Below, one piece after another: positions 54,301 through 63,367 of a DNA stretch of 64,000 nt. This stretch comes from Haplodiscus bocki (lineage: Eukaryota), in assembly GCA_965655095.1 (NCBI GenBank), contig OZ296653.1, positions 25,172,001 to 25,236,000 on the forward strand, in the 5' to 3' direction. The notes under the pieces were generated by a model, which was given only the letters and a program-made list of their open reading frames with translations, did no database searches and was not told the origin of the DNA. The translations under genes and the position numbers were made by a program. Each line of letters begins with the position of its first letter. The first letter of the stretch is position 1.

Positions 54301-57300
54301 TTTCCTTGCTTGCCTGTTTGCTCCAATTTCATTTCAAGGCGATTGCATGACTCCTGCTACTTCCCCACTACGACGCCCGGTTACGTGTGCTTGTAGCTCG
54401 TCTGCATGGTTAGCATAAGCAAGGCCACCATCCTCGGTGCGGGTTGTGAGGAGGATTAAGCAGAACAAAAGCAAACAGGAAGAACTGTTACGCTAGGAAC
54501 CAAATTAACTGCACAGTGAAAGAGCGAAAAAAGAGCGGAAGCGAGTTTAAATTGTACCGGAGCCCAGTAGTAAAATACTGGTATACTATTGTAAGATGTC
54601 GTAGGCATATACTGCATATATGGTTTTGTATTGTGAATGTAGTATAGTAGCCTACTTACAACTAATAGTAAAAGTAATAAATAAGAACACGGAGGGCATC
54701 GGCGCATTAAAAAATACATTACAAGGTTGTAATAATGAAAAGATGATTCTAAATGCATAATACTTTTACCTACACGCATAATAAATATTTACCTTGTAAC
54801 GTAAAATAAGCGTGCGCGAATAAACATACAAACATACATCTGGGAAATCTGCTCGGTACCAAAGGAAATTAAGCCAATTTCAAACGAGAAAAGGCTTTGA
54901 CGCGTCGATTCAGGGCAAAATACGATACAACAACCATCAAAACAATTTCCCTGAGTACTTTCTATAACACCAGGAAGTGTGAAAAAATAGGGGAAAACAG
55001 TGTAAAATAATTCTCATTTTATCAGGAAACACAAAACACTGAATGGACGAGATACGGTTGGTGAAAGCGAGACTAATTATAAAAACAATTTTTTATCATA
55101 TCCTGCTTAGAAACCATGTATTACAAGGCCACGAAAAGATTGATTACCACAAATCTAACCTTTTAGACTTTTCTAACCCCACTCAACAGGTATGATGACA
55201 AGTCAGCAACATAAAACAAAAGTTTTAATAAAATTAAGATCGTACAGCTGAGCTCCAATTTTAGAAGCAACTTTCTCATTAGCAAAATAACTTAAATTAA
55301 ATAGCAAACAAGACGGCTGGCTAGCACCGGCATATTTTTCGCCCAACTACAAATATTTTGATCAACTTCTGCAAACGGATAAAAACAAAACAACTGTTTT
55401 GAATTTAGCGTCCAAAGAGTTTTTACAAACATCAATTCGACCACTGATTTTTGTACTTTATGCAAAAAGGTATCACGATTTTCCGTTGAAAAATTTTTGT
55501 CTCAGTGCCGAAAAATATTGTTGAGGAACCCTTCTGTGTTTCAGAAAATTTCTGGTACCGAAAAATTTTAGGGATAAGAGGGGGGGGGGAGTATCAAGAT
55601 TTTCCGTCGAAAATTTTTTGTCTCTGCCGAAAATTTTGGTAGGGGAACCCCTTAGTATTTCACTAATTTCGGGTATCAAAAAATGTTAGGGATAAATCGT
55701 AAAAATTTTTGGCAGGGAAGTGACTCGATACCCGAACCTACTGCTTGAGAGCCTTGTTGTCCTAAGCCTACCGCTGTCATTTATTTTTGAATAAAAACAG
55801 TTGGCAATTTTGGTCTGATAAAAAAGAAAAACGACCCTACTGAATAATTTTTCTTGTATATTACATATACGGCGAAAAATAAAGTTTTCGTCACCTCAGA
55901 TAACTACTATCCAGTGGCTTCTCAATGAATGTATGAAATCGAAGAAAAAAGCCTGGGCGAGTTTTAGTTAGCATCACGGGTGAAACAAAAAAAATGAAAT
56001 GTCATTTTATCGAGGAATTCAATCAAGCAAACGATTAAACGCTCTGATTGATAATGTTCTGCAGTAGAAACACCAACGTAGGGATAAACATTTTTTTTTC
56101 AGTTTGCGCAATATCACAGGCTCTATGGTGGCCCAGAGGGTGAAACTTAACCCTTATTCCGTTTCCCGGCGAATATGGTTATATACAATGGATATATAGC
56201 CACCCAAGGCGGTTAAGACTTGGGAAAACTTTGGGAATAATCAAAGGGTCTCCCCTTAACCCACACTCCGATTTCCTGCGACTTGGGGTAAATGGATTCA
56301 AAATGTCTCAGGGGGTGCCACTTTTATAGGTAGTAAATTTACTGGGGAGGCGTCAAAAAAAATCGAGTAACATTATAAGTACTTCGTAAAATTAAAATTT
56401 CCCGAAGTCCTAAAAATCCCGGGTTTTACACTTCCATCAGTGTATTGACTTGTAAGCCCGGAGAAAATCATTTTTTTTAAATTCCACATGAAAATCCCTT
56501 TGCCGGACGAAGTCGCAAAATGTCGCACGAAAAACCGTCAAAAAACAAAAACAAAGTAACACGATGATAACTTCGTTAAAATTGAAATTTTCCTGAGACC
56601 GAAAAAAATCACGATTTTCGAAGCCCTAAAAAAGTGTTCACGAAAACTTAACGCACGACTCCACGATTAACTATCTTAAATCGGAACAAGCTGTAAAAAC
56701 CAAAGTCGGCGTCACCCATAAGGCTCCAAATAGTCTCATGAGCAGTTCTAAATCGTTTGAGCTTTTCCAAGGAAATTCCATCTACAGAGGCAGGTAAGGT
56801 CATCCTACATTTTTCCGACAGCATTGGGGCAGAAAATTTTTGCCAAAAAACGGAGGCTGGCGGCTAATCGACAGTTGGATTGAGTTGGGTTGTCGTTGTT
56901 TCAACGCTGAAGCGCCAAAAACATTATTTTCTCGAAAACTGGAAATATAGAAGGGAATTGATTCAAAAAAAAGCAACCAAAAACTTTTGGCGTAGGAAAA
57001 GAGGGTAGCGCAATTTTTGTCAAAATGTAATTTCTGAAAATACCTCAAAAATGTATAAGGGCCCTTTTCCGTTTGGAGAAATATGGCCTGAAAAATGTCG
57101 TTACCCCAAAGGGGGTCTCATTAGTTTTTATCGCTAAAATTTTCTCATATTGTGCGAGGGGACACTTTGGCAGTCTTTTGCATAATTTCTGGTACAAAAC
57201 AATCTGAGGAGAAAATCCCGGAAAATTGGGCAAGAGTCGCTCGACTCGGAAAAAGTTCGTGCGTTTTACAGAGAATAGTCGGTGCATTAGCCATACACTT

Positions 57301-60124
57301 GAGCCCCAATGGACCTGGACAATTGTGCGAAATTCGAAAAAAAAATGAAATTCAAAGTCAAGTATCTCCACAGCTACTTCTTTCTGGGAAATGAGTAATA
57401 GCTACTTGGAAACGTCTAATATTGAGCTTTCATTTTGATCTGGTGAGCCGCTGTCTTTGCGGGTCCCCGCTCTTCAGAATTTTAGTTTCTTTCTCCAATA
57501 CCTTCGGGGGCTCATAGTAACTACGGTCTTCTATTGGTTTTTTACGCACAAGGCATGGGTATATGATGCTTCAAGGTTTCTGTCTCATACCGAGCAATCA
57601 TTTTGGCGAAAAATGTTTTTTGCCATAAAGTGAATTTTCAGTGAAAAAAAGGAAAGAAAACGCGCTTTATCAAGGTCAGGCAGTAAAAGTCGCTTCAAAT
57701 CCCAAATCTGTTCGAGTTGGACATGATTACAACAGAATGTGGAAAATGTACAGAGCTAATGAAGGAAGGTTTGTGGGAAACTGATTTGGAAGTTTAAAAA
57801 ACGGTTGGCTGCTTAAAGCAGCGGTAGGACAATTGGGGTTAATACTAAACACGCACCGACTAAAATATACTGATGAGTATAGTAGCGCTTTCCAGACGTC
57901 TCGAACCTTCATTTTTTCCGCAATTAAAAAAGTTTTCTGCAGAACACTTTCGGTCGGAAATTATTTATGTGCGATCTGCGTTTCTTTGCATATATTTCAG
58001 CTCTGCGCTGATAATTACATATTGGTAATGTATTTTACAATCTTCACGTTTGCAATCGCCGTTACATAGTCAGAAAAAAAGGTCATGGCATGCCTTAATA
58101 ATATAAGCATCCTTCATATTAACGAGGGAATTTAAAGTATTTGCATTTTAAATTCGTTTAGCTTGAAATAAAAGTGTGGCTTTTGCTAGTTGGAGCTTTA
58201 GTAGTTTTACAAAAAGCCCGACTATTACAGTACAGTTTTTGACGCTGACGCTCTCACTGTACACGCCGTATTACTACTCTTACTGACAGACCAAATTCCC
58301 AATACAGTAGAACAAACCAAAGAGGTCCCAACCTTGGAGTCCAAAAAATTTTAAAAGGCGGATACCAGAAATTTTGGGATTCCCCTACGTTTGTCTCTTC
58401 GAAAGAAAATTTGAGAGTTTGGTCCAGCATTTTGCGTGATAACCCCTTTACATATACCCAAAAAATTGAAAGGCATATATCAAAAATGTTTGAACTAATG
58501 GCTTTCCCAATCAGTGTATATTGTAAGTCTCTACTAAAAATTTCGGCAGTCTGACAATTTTCACGAGAAAAAGGATTCTACATTTGTTGGAAAAGTGGCG
58601 ATTTATATAAAACGAAGCTCCCCGTGGATATTTTGGGTTTTACGGACGGGCTGACATGGTCACTACCGTTTTTTTCTACTTTTAGCATACTTAAAATTCT
58701 TACCTTGTTGTGGGAACTTAGGAGGTGAGTTAGCTGACAGAGAGGGTTGTCTCTTGTGGTAGAAGTTTTTGTGATCTAGACTTGGAGCAGATGACGGGGA
58801 ATTGGTTTGTGGTTGTTGTGGTGAAAGGGCTGCAGTGACTGAAGAAGCAGCGGTGGCGGCAGCTGTTAAATGTCTCCTCCAGTCTATCAAAGAAGCCGCC
58901 GCAGAAGAGTTGTATAGAAGAGGATTCGGATTCAGTAACACACTAGCAGGAGCCCCGGAAGACACCCATGGAATTACTGGATCTGAAAATATTACAGCAA
59001 AAAGTTCACGATGGAAAATCAGACACTTTAGATTTTGAAACACCTACTCGCAACTGTAATTAACAAAAATCAACAGGCAATTTTAGACATCATTATTACT
59101 ATTTATACAGCCCTTGGATTCAGTACAGTACATCGAAGGATTCCGTTCGACATATAATCAAGTTAATTTACAAAAGTCATACATTTTGCACTTTAAGGCA
59201 ATTATAAATATTTTGTAAATTGAGCTTCTAAAAAAGCAAAAATAATTGAAAGAAAAACCATGGAAAACTGGATAACATTAAACACGTCCATTTTTTAATT
59301 TATCAGATTTGAACTACCCCGAACAACCAAGAAGCCCGGAACGCTCAAGTCGGTGCTGCCCGTTAGGCTCAAACCAGTAAGGGTGACATTACAAAAATGG
59401 TAATTTTCCAGAAAAACTTGGTACCAAAAAAGATTCAATTTCTCTACTCTTGGTTCCGTATCTATGGCTTAAAACCCCTTTGTCGGAAGATTTACAGAAA
59501 AACTGAATCTGTAACTGGTAAAAAAAGTCGTGTCATTGAAAACAACATAGCTGAGATTTTTTGCATGGCTGTTTACTGTGAATCTCAATTATGCATTTTG
59601 TTCTCAACTCAAAACTACAAAAACGAGGAAGGAAATGAAATTGATTGATTTATTTACCCTTGACTGAGACAGCATTCAACATTGGATGAAAATTTTAACT
59701 TCCGAAACTCACAAGCTGGTTAAAGAAGTTGGCTTCCAAGGAGGCCCTAAAAATAGAACTGAGTTTTGCTTCTTGGGAGACTTATCTCAAAGTCACCTTC
59801 TAAAGGCGAGGAAAACCTGTTCTAATCTATATTCGGAGAGGCAAACCTGTTCTAAGCTATGTTCGGAGAACTTTCAAGGACTGGTTAGGAACTTCAAATG
59901 AAACAAGAATTGAAGCAAGGCGCCAACTTACCCAGGGTACTGAAATGATTAAGGTGCCCCTCGGCACCTGTGGCGGCCACTTTAGGCGGAGGGGGCACGA
60001 TTTGTTGGAAGATGGCAGCTGCCGATAGCGCATGGGGGGCAAGAAGTCGAGGAGAATTTCCACCACCCCCGCCAACAACTAGATTGGTTTGGTGGTGGTG
60101 GTGCTGCGGATTTTTTGAAAACAT
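58..60124 (-). CDS. ZNF541: ZNF541/TRERF1-family C2H2-ELM2-SANT transcriptional co-repressor; multi-exon, 3' end lies beyond the window. Coding exons: 60124-59932, 58982-58704, 34917-34305, 33037-32779, 32565-31891, 23428-23155, 22955-21615, 21190-20701, 20378-20083, 18936-18724, 326-58
   Basis: All 10 introns are GT..AG and exon phases chain without frameshift (total 4902 nt). Spliced fingers read CPHCQKKFGSSSALTKHKLIH / CKLCGKRFKRQDHLSGHLMTH / CGQTGCNKSYCDQRSLRRH, closely resembling the N-terminal fingers of ZNF541. Also family motifs YQSWLRSPR and PYTPPPMLCPLRNGSGLF, ELM2 (INIGAQFQAAIP..LLWSP..GGGSNAELA) and SANT start (KWSHSDRMEFNRAWKVHGKDF). Orthology to ZNF541 versus TRERF1/MIDEAS is not resolved. 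Confidence 0.85.
3436..3595 (+). repeat. Polinton left terminal inverted repeat (~160 bp)
   Basis: Ungapped manual alignment to the reverse complement of 18241-18400: 19 mismatches in 160 (~88%). Internal TTAGAGCCACTTAT repeats. Confidence 0.95.
3501..3700 (+). repeat. Exact-length 100-bp tandem duplication of the inner left TIR
   Basis: 3501-3600 vs 3601-3700 differ at 4 positions; single copy in the right TIR. Confidence 0.95.
3939..4260 (-). mobile_element. Non-autonomous Helitron (~320 bp) nested in the Polinton
   Basis: On minus strand starts A/TCCTATA, ends with hairpin TGCCG-ATC-CGGCA about 10 nt before CTAG/T; no TSD; homologous to 31456-31787 and 52841-53060. Confidence 0.8.
5897..6005 (+). 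other. Predicted spliceosomal intron 1 in Polinton pPolB (109 nt)
   Basis: gtaagt...ttttttgtttcag; removal fuses ORF 5452..5913 to ORF 6062..6556 in frame (LINSKSQIIEKSASYRGADCISKLMET). Confidence 0.8.
8367..8439 (+). other. Predicted spliceosomal intron 2 in pPolB (73 nt)
   Basis: gttaat...ccctgac (branch-like)...ttttctttgtttctcag; removes the stop at 8369 and opens an acidic exon 8440-8598. Confidence 0.68.
8599..8671 (+). other. Predicted spliceosomal intron 3 in pPolB (73 nt)
   Basis: gttaga...aattttag; removal joins in frame to PPDPGF...CPFIDWEA (ORF 8758..8949). Confidence 0.6.
8959..9611 (-). pseudogene. Adenain/Ulp1-like cysteine protease (Polinton PRO)
   Basis: VNS..GQHWFLL, WDPL, QNPSSNLCGLYC catalytic motifs; start MDTFSLIQL at 9611 needs one frameshift in a poly-A run to reach FIGVASSD. 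Confidence 0.9.
9577..10960 (-). pseudogene. Double jelly-roll major capsid protein (MCP), frameshifted
   Basis: Fragments LDFFERP, NNTLHSLFSHVE, LLPGVTLHL, FYLVFDLT and C-terminal LKLSFSKALPEAVELFLIGE..IDNSRNI are typical of Polinton MCP. Confidence 0.85.
11002..11646 (-). pseudogene. Basic core/protein-X-like virion protein
   Basis: QRG and QYGSGGLG motifs, amphipathic middle, Arg/Gly-rich tail ending RSRSDIL; two ORFs joined by a poly-A frameshift near 11245; lies between mCP and MCP. Confidence 0.7.
11893..12891 (-). pseudogene. Minor capsid protein (penton), frameshifted
   Basis: N-terminus FTINLVSNASMSTFPDNTLAKFTTLLPQ..WEVSLVEL; C-terminus VYCDLVQNEILGDT..LVRAVP..TIALRNEAG, typical of Polinton mCP. 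Confidence 0.88.
12895..14130 (-). pseudogene. Retroviral-type DDE integrase with N-terminal PHD finger; no C-terminal chromodomain
   Basis: IY..NPASFGS, WSIDL, VDTLSRF, WVDQGREF, PEKSIRSIK, KFKLGQNVRI, GKFYESELV then stop at 12895; internal stops and frameshifts. Confidence 0.92.
14190..14868 (-). pseudogene. Conserved Polinton structural-module protein (PZ-like), frameshifted
   Basis: KEFILI start, KVERARQILRKI..SINNIYGRI..DFL and KWLRL end resemble the protein usually found next to INT; ORFs 14497..14868 and 14190..14561. Confidence 0.55.
14852..15154 (-). CDS. Conserved small Polinton protein of unknown function
   Basis: FFCNCLLNIVSGHI..KLERHRRLIEIL..GLKLLALI pattern; lies between ATPase and the PZ-like gene. 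Confidence 0.6.
   Translation of the reverse strand: MFEFFVNMKPIMRRLYLLHCSEENIKFFCNCLLNIVSGHIAMAQNVSQKKLERHRRLIEILCNKKVGLMQILSASHGLKLLALIQPSISRHLEVRHAIEW
15147..15848 (-). pseudogene. A32/FtsK-like genome packaging ATPase
   Basis: Walker A GPCGSGKT, Walker B VVIDD, VRHRNI, FKSPRD, YKKATQAPFGHLMIDF; frameshifted. Confidence 0.92.
15965..16416 (-). CDS. Two small overlapping Polinton accessory ORFs (79 aa and 71 aa), unknown function
   Basis: ORFs 16177..16416 and 15965..16180 overlap by ATGA, in the same strand as the gene block. Confidence 0.45.
16474..16845 (-). CDS. Phospholipase A2-like accessory protein
   Basis: YGGLIGPG loop, then HAVFHDA (HD dyad) and a second GPGY; resembles viral PLA2 motifs. 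Confidence 0.5.
   Translation of the reverse strand: MRELVIVQQLKDNFDQVNYLFSRNPESENAFLAVCYCLDKNINLNDINDFAPYGGLIGPGRSYMDRCLNYFKLFRMHAVFHDAFGFMKSNFDLGPGYVYAVTEKPLLADNMLLGRLSGLAYWL
16907..18116 (-). pseudogene. Cluster of decayed Polinton accessory ORFs of unknown function
   Basis: ORF fragments 16907..17170, 17243..17593, 17550..17786 and a stop-interrupted frame from ATG 18116; no recognisable motif. Confidence 0.4.
18241..18400 (-). repeat. Polinton right terminal inverted repeat
   Basis: Reverse complement of the left TIR; followed by TSD GTTTTG. Confidence 0.95.
18724..18936 (-). CDS. ZNF541: Host gene exon: ELM2 N-terminal half
   Basis: EPAINIGAQFQAAIPHL...DRAVLLWSP; acceptor tgtttag, donor gttagt; phase 1 at both ends. 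Confidence 0.88.
19378..19656. mobile_element. 279-bp non-coding mini-element with Polinton-type ends (candidate Polinton-dependent MITE)
   Basis: 27-bp TIR AGTAGTATAGG(G/T)ATTCACATGGTTTTT (26/27 match); 6-bp TSD CCCATC at 19372-19377 and 19657-19662; first 11 nt identical to the Polinton termini. Confidence 0.88.
20083..20378 (-). CDS. ZNF541: Host gene exon with PYTPPPML..R.GSGLF family motif
   Basis: ORF 20078..20395; acceptor gcttcag, donor gttagt; phases fit neighbours. Confidence 0.85.
20701..21190 (-). CDS. ZNF541: Host gene exon (Ser-rich; ends in YQSWLRSPR)
   Basis: ORF 20667..21107 extends in frame to acceptor gtttag at 21191-21192; donor gtttgt. Confidence 0.8.
21615..22955 (-). 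CDS. ZNF541: Host gene large low-complexity exon
   Basis: 437-aa ORF 21610..22923 extends in frame to acceptor ttttgtttcag; donor gttagt; phase 1/1. Confidence 0.78.
23155..23428 (-). CDS. ZNF541: Host gene exon with basic NLS-like RKRKR
   Basis: Acceptor tttcattatttgcag (phase 0) and donor gtttgt (phase 1) bridge exons 31891 and 22955 in frame. Confidence 0.65.
31456..31787 (-). mobile_element. Non-autonomous Helitron, same family as 3939-4260
   Basis: A/TCCTATATAAAATGGAG start, hairpin plus CTAG/T end; shared internal blocks such as ttggctcgctattttcac and gagacacggtt. Confidence 0.8.
31891..32565 (-). CDS. ZNF541: Host gene exon with degenerate finger CIACGEVFYSQQRLTSHYC
   Basis: ORF 31867..32496 extends to acceptor gttttag; donor gttagt; phase 0/0. 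Confidence 0.78.
32779..33037 (-). CDS. ZNF541: Host gene exon: end of C2H2 finger 2 and finger 3
   Basis: SGHLMTHAVNKPFACGQTGCNKSYCDQRSLRRHLEKDH; acceptor gtttacag. Donor at 32778 (gttagt) is the best guess; an alternative lies near 32810. Confidence 0.85.
34305..34917 (-). CDS. ZNF541: Host gene exon: Pro/Ser-rich region, C2H2 finger 1 and start of finger 2
   Basis: ORF 34301..34912; acceptor tgtttgcag, donor gtaagt splitting the Leu of QDHL. Confidence 0.9.
38600..39035. mobile_element. Degenerate pogo/Tc1-type MITE remnant
   Basis: Repeated ATAAGCCGC / GAATAAAAGCCG sub-terminal motifs and a TACG.TA-like end; boundaries uncertain. Confidence 0.35.
40440..41603 (-). mobile_element. Internally deleted hAT DNA transposon (1164 bp)
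   Basis: 8-bp TSD TTGCGGTA (40432-40439, 41604-41611); TIR CAGGGTTGG/CCAACCCAG; BED finger ORF 40974..41270 (VWDRF..AQCKLC..MKQH) and dimerisation-domain ORF 40578..40817 (DPISWW..SSSGLERHFS); DDE core absent. Confidence 0.93.
41280..41346 (+). repeat. 17-bp tandem repeat x4 (TTAAAGCAAGCACAATC) upstream of the hAT transposase
   Basis: Read directly from the sequence; last unit degenerate. Confidence 0.9.
44318..44520 (+). repeat. ~110-bp satellite-like unit (GAACCCTTCTGTGTTTCAGAAAA..TTCTGGTA..GGGGTATCA), about two units
   Basis: Same unit recurs at 55470-55695 and inverted near 25350-25490. Confidence 0.75.
47372..49170 (-). mobile_element. Helitron/Helentron-like non-autonomous element with sub-terminal inverted repeats; may contain nested repeats
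   Basis: CCCGG-N6-CCGGG hairpin next to CTAG/T (47371-47394); perfect 10-bp IR TTTTCCGCCC (47398-47407) / GGGCGGAAAA (49150-49159); related fragments near 2380-2990 and 27330-27480. Confidence 0.5.
50140..51640 (+). repeat. Dispersed ~1.5-kb repeat, copy 1 (probably a non-autonomous DNA transposon)
   Basis: Collinear similarity with 56150-57640 (e.g. ggacactttg..ttttgcat.atttctggta, gcgcttttccaa, aaacgtctaat); partial copy near 24050-24330. Confidence 0.7.
52841..53060 (-). mobile_element. Truncated third copy of the same Helitron family
   Basis: Hairpin TCTGCC-N5-GGCAGA and the shared blocks ttcttcattcgg.atgatcatcatgacg and gctcgctattttcacttgc; 5' TC end missing. Confidence 0.65.
55470..55695 (+). 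repeat. ~110-120-bp satellite-like units adjacent to a tRNA-like sequence
   Basis: Same unit as 44318-44520. Confidence 0.7.
55710..55778 (-). pseudogene. tRNA-like sequence (Glu-like, CTC), probably repeat-derived
   Basis: GACAGCGGTAGGCTTAGGAC..GGCTCTCAAGC..CGGGTATCGAGTCACTTCCCTGCCA: B-box-like and anticodon-loop-like motifs, but stems are imperfect. Confidence 0.35.
56150..57640 (+). repeat. Dispersed ~1.5-kb repeat, copy 2
   Basis: Homologous to 50140-51640; begins TTAA/CCCTT (piggyBac-like), but no matching right end was found. Confidence 0.65.
58704..58982 (-). CDS. ZNF541: Host gene coding exon 2 (Ala/Ser/Pro-rich)
   Basis: Acceptor attttcag, donor gtaaga; phase 1/1; joined to exon 34917 across a 23.8-kb intron. 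Confidence 0.65.
59932..60124 (-). CDS. ZNF541: Host gene probable first coding exon (MFSKNPQHHHHQ...)
   Basis: ATG in AAACCATG context with an in-frame stop 6 nt upstream; donor gtaagt phase 1. An acceptor at 60252-60253 implies a 5' UTR part 60125-60251. Confidence 0.6.
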
Positions 60125-60781
60125 GGTTTTTCACGCCGTCTGAGCGGTGGAGCGGAGAATGGAACAATAAGTGGAAATCATGGAAGTGAAAAAACTGCGG
60201 ATGACTTTAGCTGCAGCAGAAACAGTAGTCGATACTCGGCGATTATTGGGCCTGAAGAAGAAAGAGTATTGGTCAAAATGCAAGTGCTGTTACTGAGTTT
60301 CATGAGCTGAATTTCTTTTGGAAGTAAAAGTCATTTTTTTCATTATGTCTCTCACTACACCTTCTATAATTAACATCTTTTTGTTAAAAACTAAGAGCGC
60401 AGTTGTAAATATTTCATTGAGCCAAGCCGTGTCGCTTTTAAAGGCACCATGATAGAATTCACTTGGCAATTCTCAAGAAAATCTGATGTTAGTTTGTCTA
60501 ATTGACTTGCAAAGAAAATTTTAGATGCATTACACCTGTCCAATGAAGCATTGAAATGCAAACATTCCATTCAAGTGAAAGGCGATCAACAAAGCCCTTT
60601 CCACGTGCTATTTGTCACCTGTAGCAGCGTCAATGCAAAAAGAACAGCTCAAGAAGCATCTGGTCATATTGAACAATTCTAATTGAGGCCCACCAGTACT
60701 TTTTAATTATCTGAACGATTTACCGGAGTGGAAGAAATACTGACAAAAACTTGCAGCTTAGTCCCCTTTGATTTGACTCAC

Positions 60782-60990
60782 CTGTGATCAATAATGAACA
60801 AAAACCGAACACAGCCAGTTGTGCTGCACATTCTCAACTGTCTCAATGGCCAAATTTTCCAGTTTTTTCACTCAATGGACCGGTGTCGAGCTGGACATGA
60901 ATCAATTAAGATAAAGATGCCTCTTTTCATTGAACAAGCCAGCTGCAAATCAATTTCTGTGTTTTGTTGCGATGCTTTTGAAGTTGCTTT
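60782..60990 (-). other. Candidate non-coding 5' UTR exon of host gene
   Basis: Acceptor ttcattttctgcag and strong donor CAG/gtgagt on the gene strand, no long ORF; splice signals only. Confidence 0.3.
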
Positions 60991-61299
60991 CTGCAGAAAA
61001 TGAAGCAGTCACACTTGAGGCAACTCTTTCTACAGCACACAAAACAGCAACAGAACACAAAACATTCAATTTTTGCAATATTCTCCCATTTTTAAGCACT
61101 TTTTAATGGTTTAGAAGTCTCAGAAAACAACTAACGACGTTGCCAGTTTATAAATTCGAGGAAACCGAAACCAAAGATAATTGCGGAATGAATGCTACTT
61201 GTCGCATTTTTGCAAACAAAATATAAATACTATCAAGGGTCCGTGGATATATCATAATGGAACCAGTTTTATAACATCAGCTTAGCGTACTATTCACTT

Positions 61300-62750
61300 A
61301 GTTTAATTTGCTCGCACTGGAGCACTCGAGAGCTTATACCGCGCCCTCGGAATCTGAAAATCAATAATTTCATTCAACTTCATGAGCGACTGTAAATTGT
61401 AGACATAAGCCAAGAAAATCTATCTGATAAGCGTCGGAATGCCAAGCTCTTTTGATTTTCAGCTTGCCAAGTCTCTTGATGCCTCATCTATTGGCAGTTA
61501 CAGCTACAGAAACCAGAACTGGACTTGTTCAAATTATGCAGCACTTAGAGGTACTCTTTTCTCAAACCTTCCTGATGCAGTCTGGAAAATTCAAAGCTAT
61601 CGCTGATAAAATCAACTAAAGCACATCCGTAAGCTTCGCATAAACCACAAATTTGCACCTTGGAAAATTACTTCAAGAAACACCGGATGATTAGCAATAT
61701 TGATAAGATTAGCCAAAACAACTGTGATAAGCATAAAAAAATCCGTATAAGAAAACTTTTCTGCTGTATCCTCTTTCGAACAATATGTTGGTTCCTATAT
61801 TCAATATCCGAAGATTAGAGACCCTTTTGCTAAAGTCATGCGCTCAACTAGAACAGTAGACAGCGTAATCAGACGAAAAATAGATTGATGATACTATACA
61901 TTTTCCCACTCATTAGTGATTGATAATACGATGTACTTCTGTATTGTTCAAAAAACCTTAGCATGTTCGTGATTCTCCAGGTTAGGGTAGTCCGTAATTC
62001 CGTATATCCACACCCCTGAATTCCATTTTTGGACTCAAAACAAGATACGAGTGCATCGAGAGAAAACTGAATCAAAAATCTGTTCCATTTTCCATTACCG
62101 CAACAAGAAAGGATAGAATCCATTTTCAGCAATTTAAAAAAAGTTGTGAAAAAAATGTTTGCATTCAGTCTTGCGTTAATTGATATTCAGAAGAACACAT
62201 TCTGCCTTCAAAACAATTCCACTGTTTCACCCCGCATTTTTCGATAAAAAAGAACTATAGACAAGTGAGAAGGATCATGTTCATAGACAATTTCGACCCC
62301 GTTGAGGCCTTGAAACAACTCGATTGTCAGCTTTCACTCATTTATTCAATATCAGAGAACCTCTGAACAACATCACAGTTCCATGGGGGACTACCGGTAT
62401 AATCTGTAGTTTTTGGCGCAAAAATCATGAAAATTGGTCCTCCCGTCATTCATTGAGAAAACCGTCAAATTGAAATCTTTCTGACCGATTTGAGAGAAGT
62501 GTTCTCTTGTCATGGCTGCAAAATATATATTTCAGATAAATACGAAGTAAAAATTTCTATTAGACAATATCGAAGCTTCCTTTATCACAAAAGTCGAGAG
62601 AAGCAGAACTTTGTTTCAAGAACATTAGTGCCATTATGGCTCTATCGTTGTTGGAATTTATCAACGCTATCAGTGAACTATCAAAATTTTCCCGATCCAA
62701 TATATCAGTGAAACTCTTTCTATCTAATTATTAACCGGAAAATGCGATGG
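61300..62750 (-). pseudogene. Possible highly decayed LINE ORF2 remnant
   Basis: Weak resemblance only (ORF 61869..62132: KNGIQG..LRTTLTWR..SG; a YRP-like site near 62395). Confidence 0.3.
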
Positions 62751-63367
62751 AGTGTCGTATTCACCACATCTGCAAAACGGTAATTCTACTTTTCAGCATA
62801 TGTGTTCAAAAACGTTCAGACCATAATCCTTTGATTGAAATATAAAAAGTCGAGACTTCTCTTGATATGATTCTTTGATTTTGTCCAGTGAAAACAGAGT
62901 TCTACAGTCAATTTTCAATCCTGATGATTCAGTTAGCTCTGATTTTAAACGTCCCAAAGTGCCATGTACAGTGACAGTAATTTCGGATTAAGGTCTTAAG
63001 GATGCCTGGTATCTTGCTACAAAATTAACGAAAATTTCCAGTCTGTCCATCATCACCTCTTGCCACATTAATTCAGAAATCTTAGAATTTTTCCACACAG
63101 ACTGGCTTCCATGAGTAGTGGCTTCAAAAAGCGATCACAGGCTACAGAAGTCATATGTCTTAAAACATTTTCGAGGAAGATAGTCTGTGGGGAAGGACAG
63201 CTGATTAGGTTGGAAGTAACTTGTTTATAAAAACCTATGCAACTGGAAGAATTGATAGTTCCTACTGCATACCCTCACAGACATTTCAGAGCTAATAGAA
63301 TTCTATTGCACCATAAAAAGGACCAATGATCGACTTTTGGTTAACTATATATTCTAATATGTATGAG

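Noticed and set aside
56147-56160. Complete piggyBac element from TTAA/CCCT
   Set aside because: No matching AGGG/TTAA right end or transposase found; kept only as a dispersed repeat.
35500-58100. Numerous 60-150-aa ORFs in the 23.8-kb intron
   Set aside because: Apart from the hAT fragments they are F/K/L-rich products of AT-rich repeats, often with non-ATG starts and no domains.
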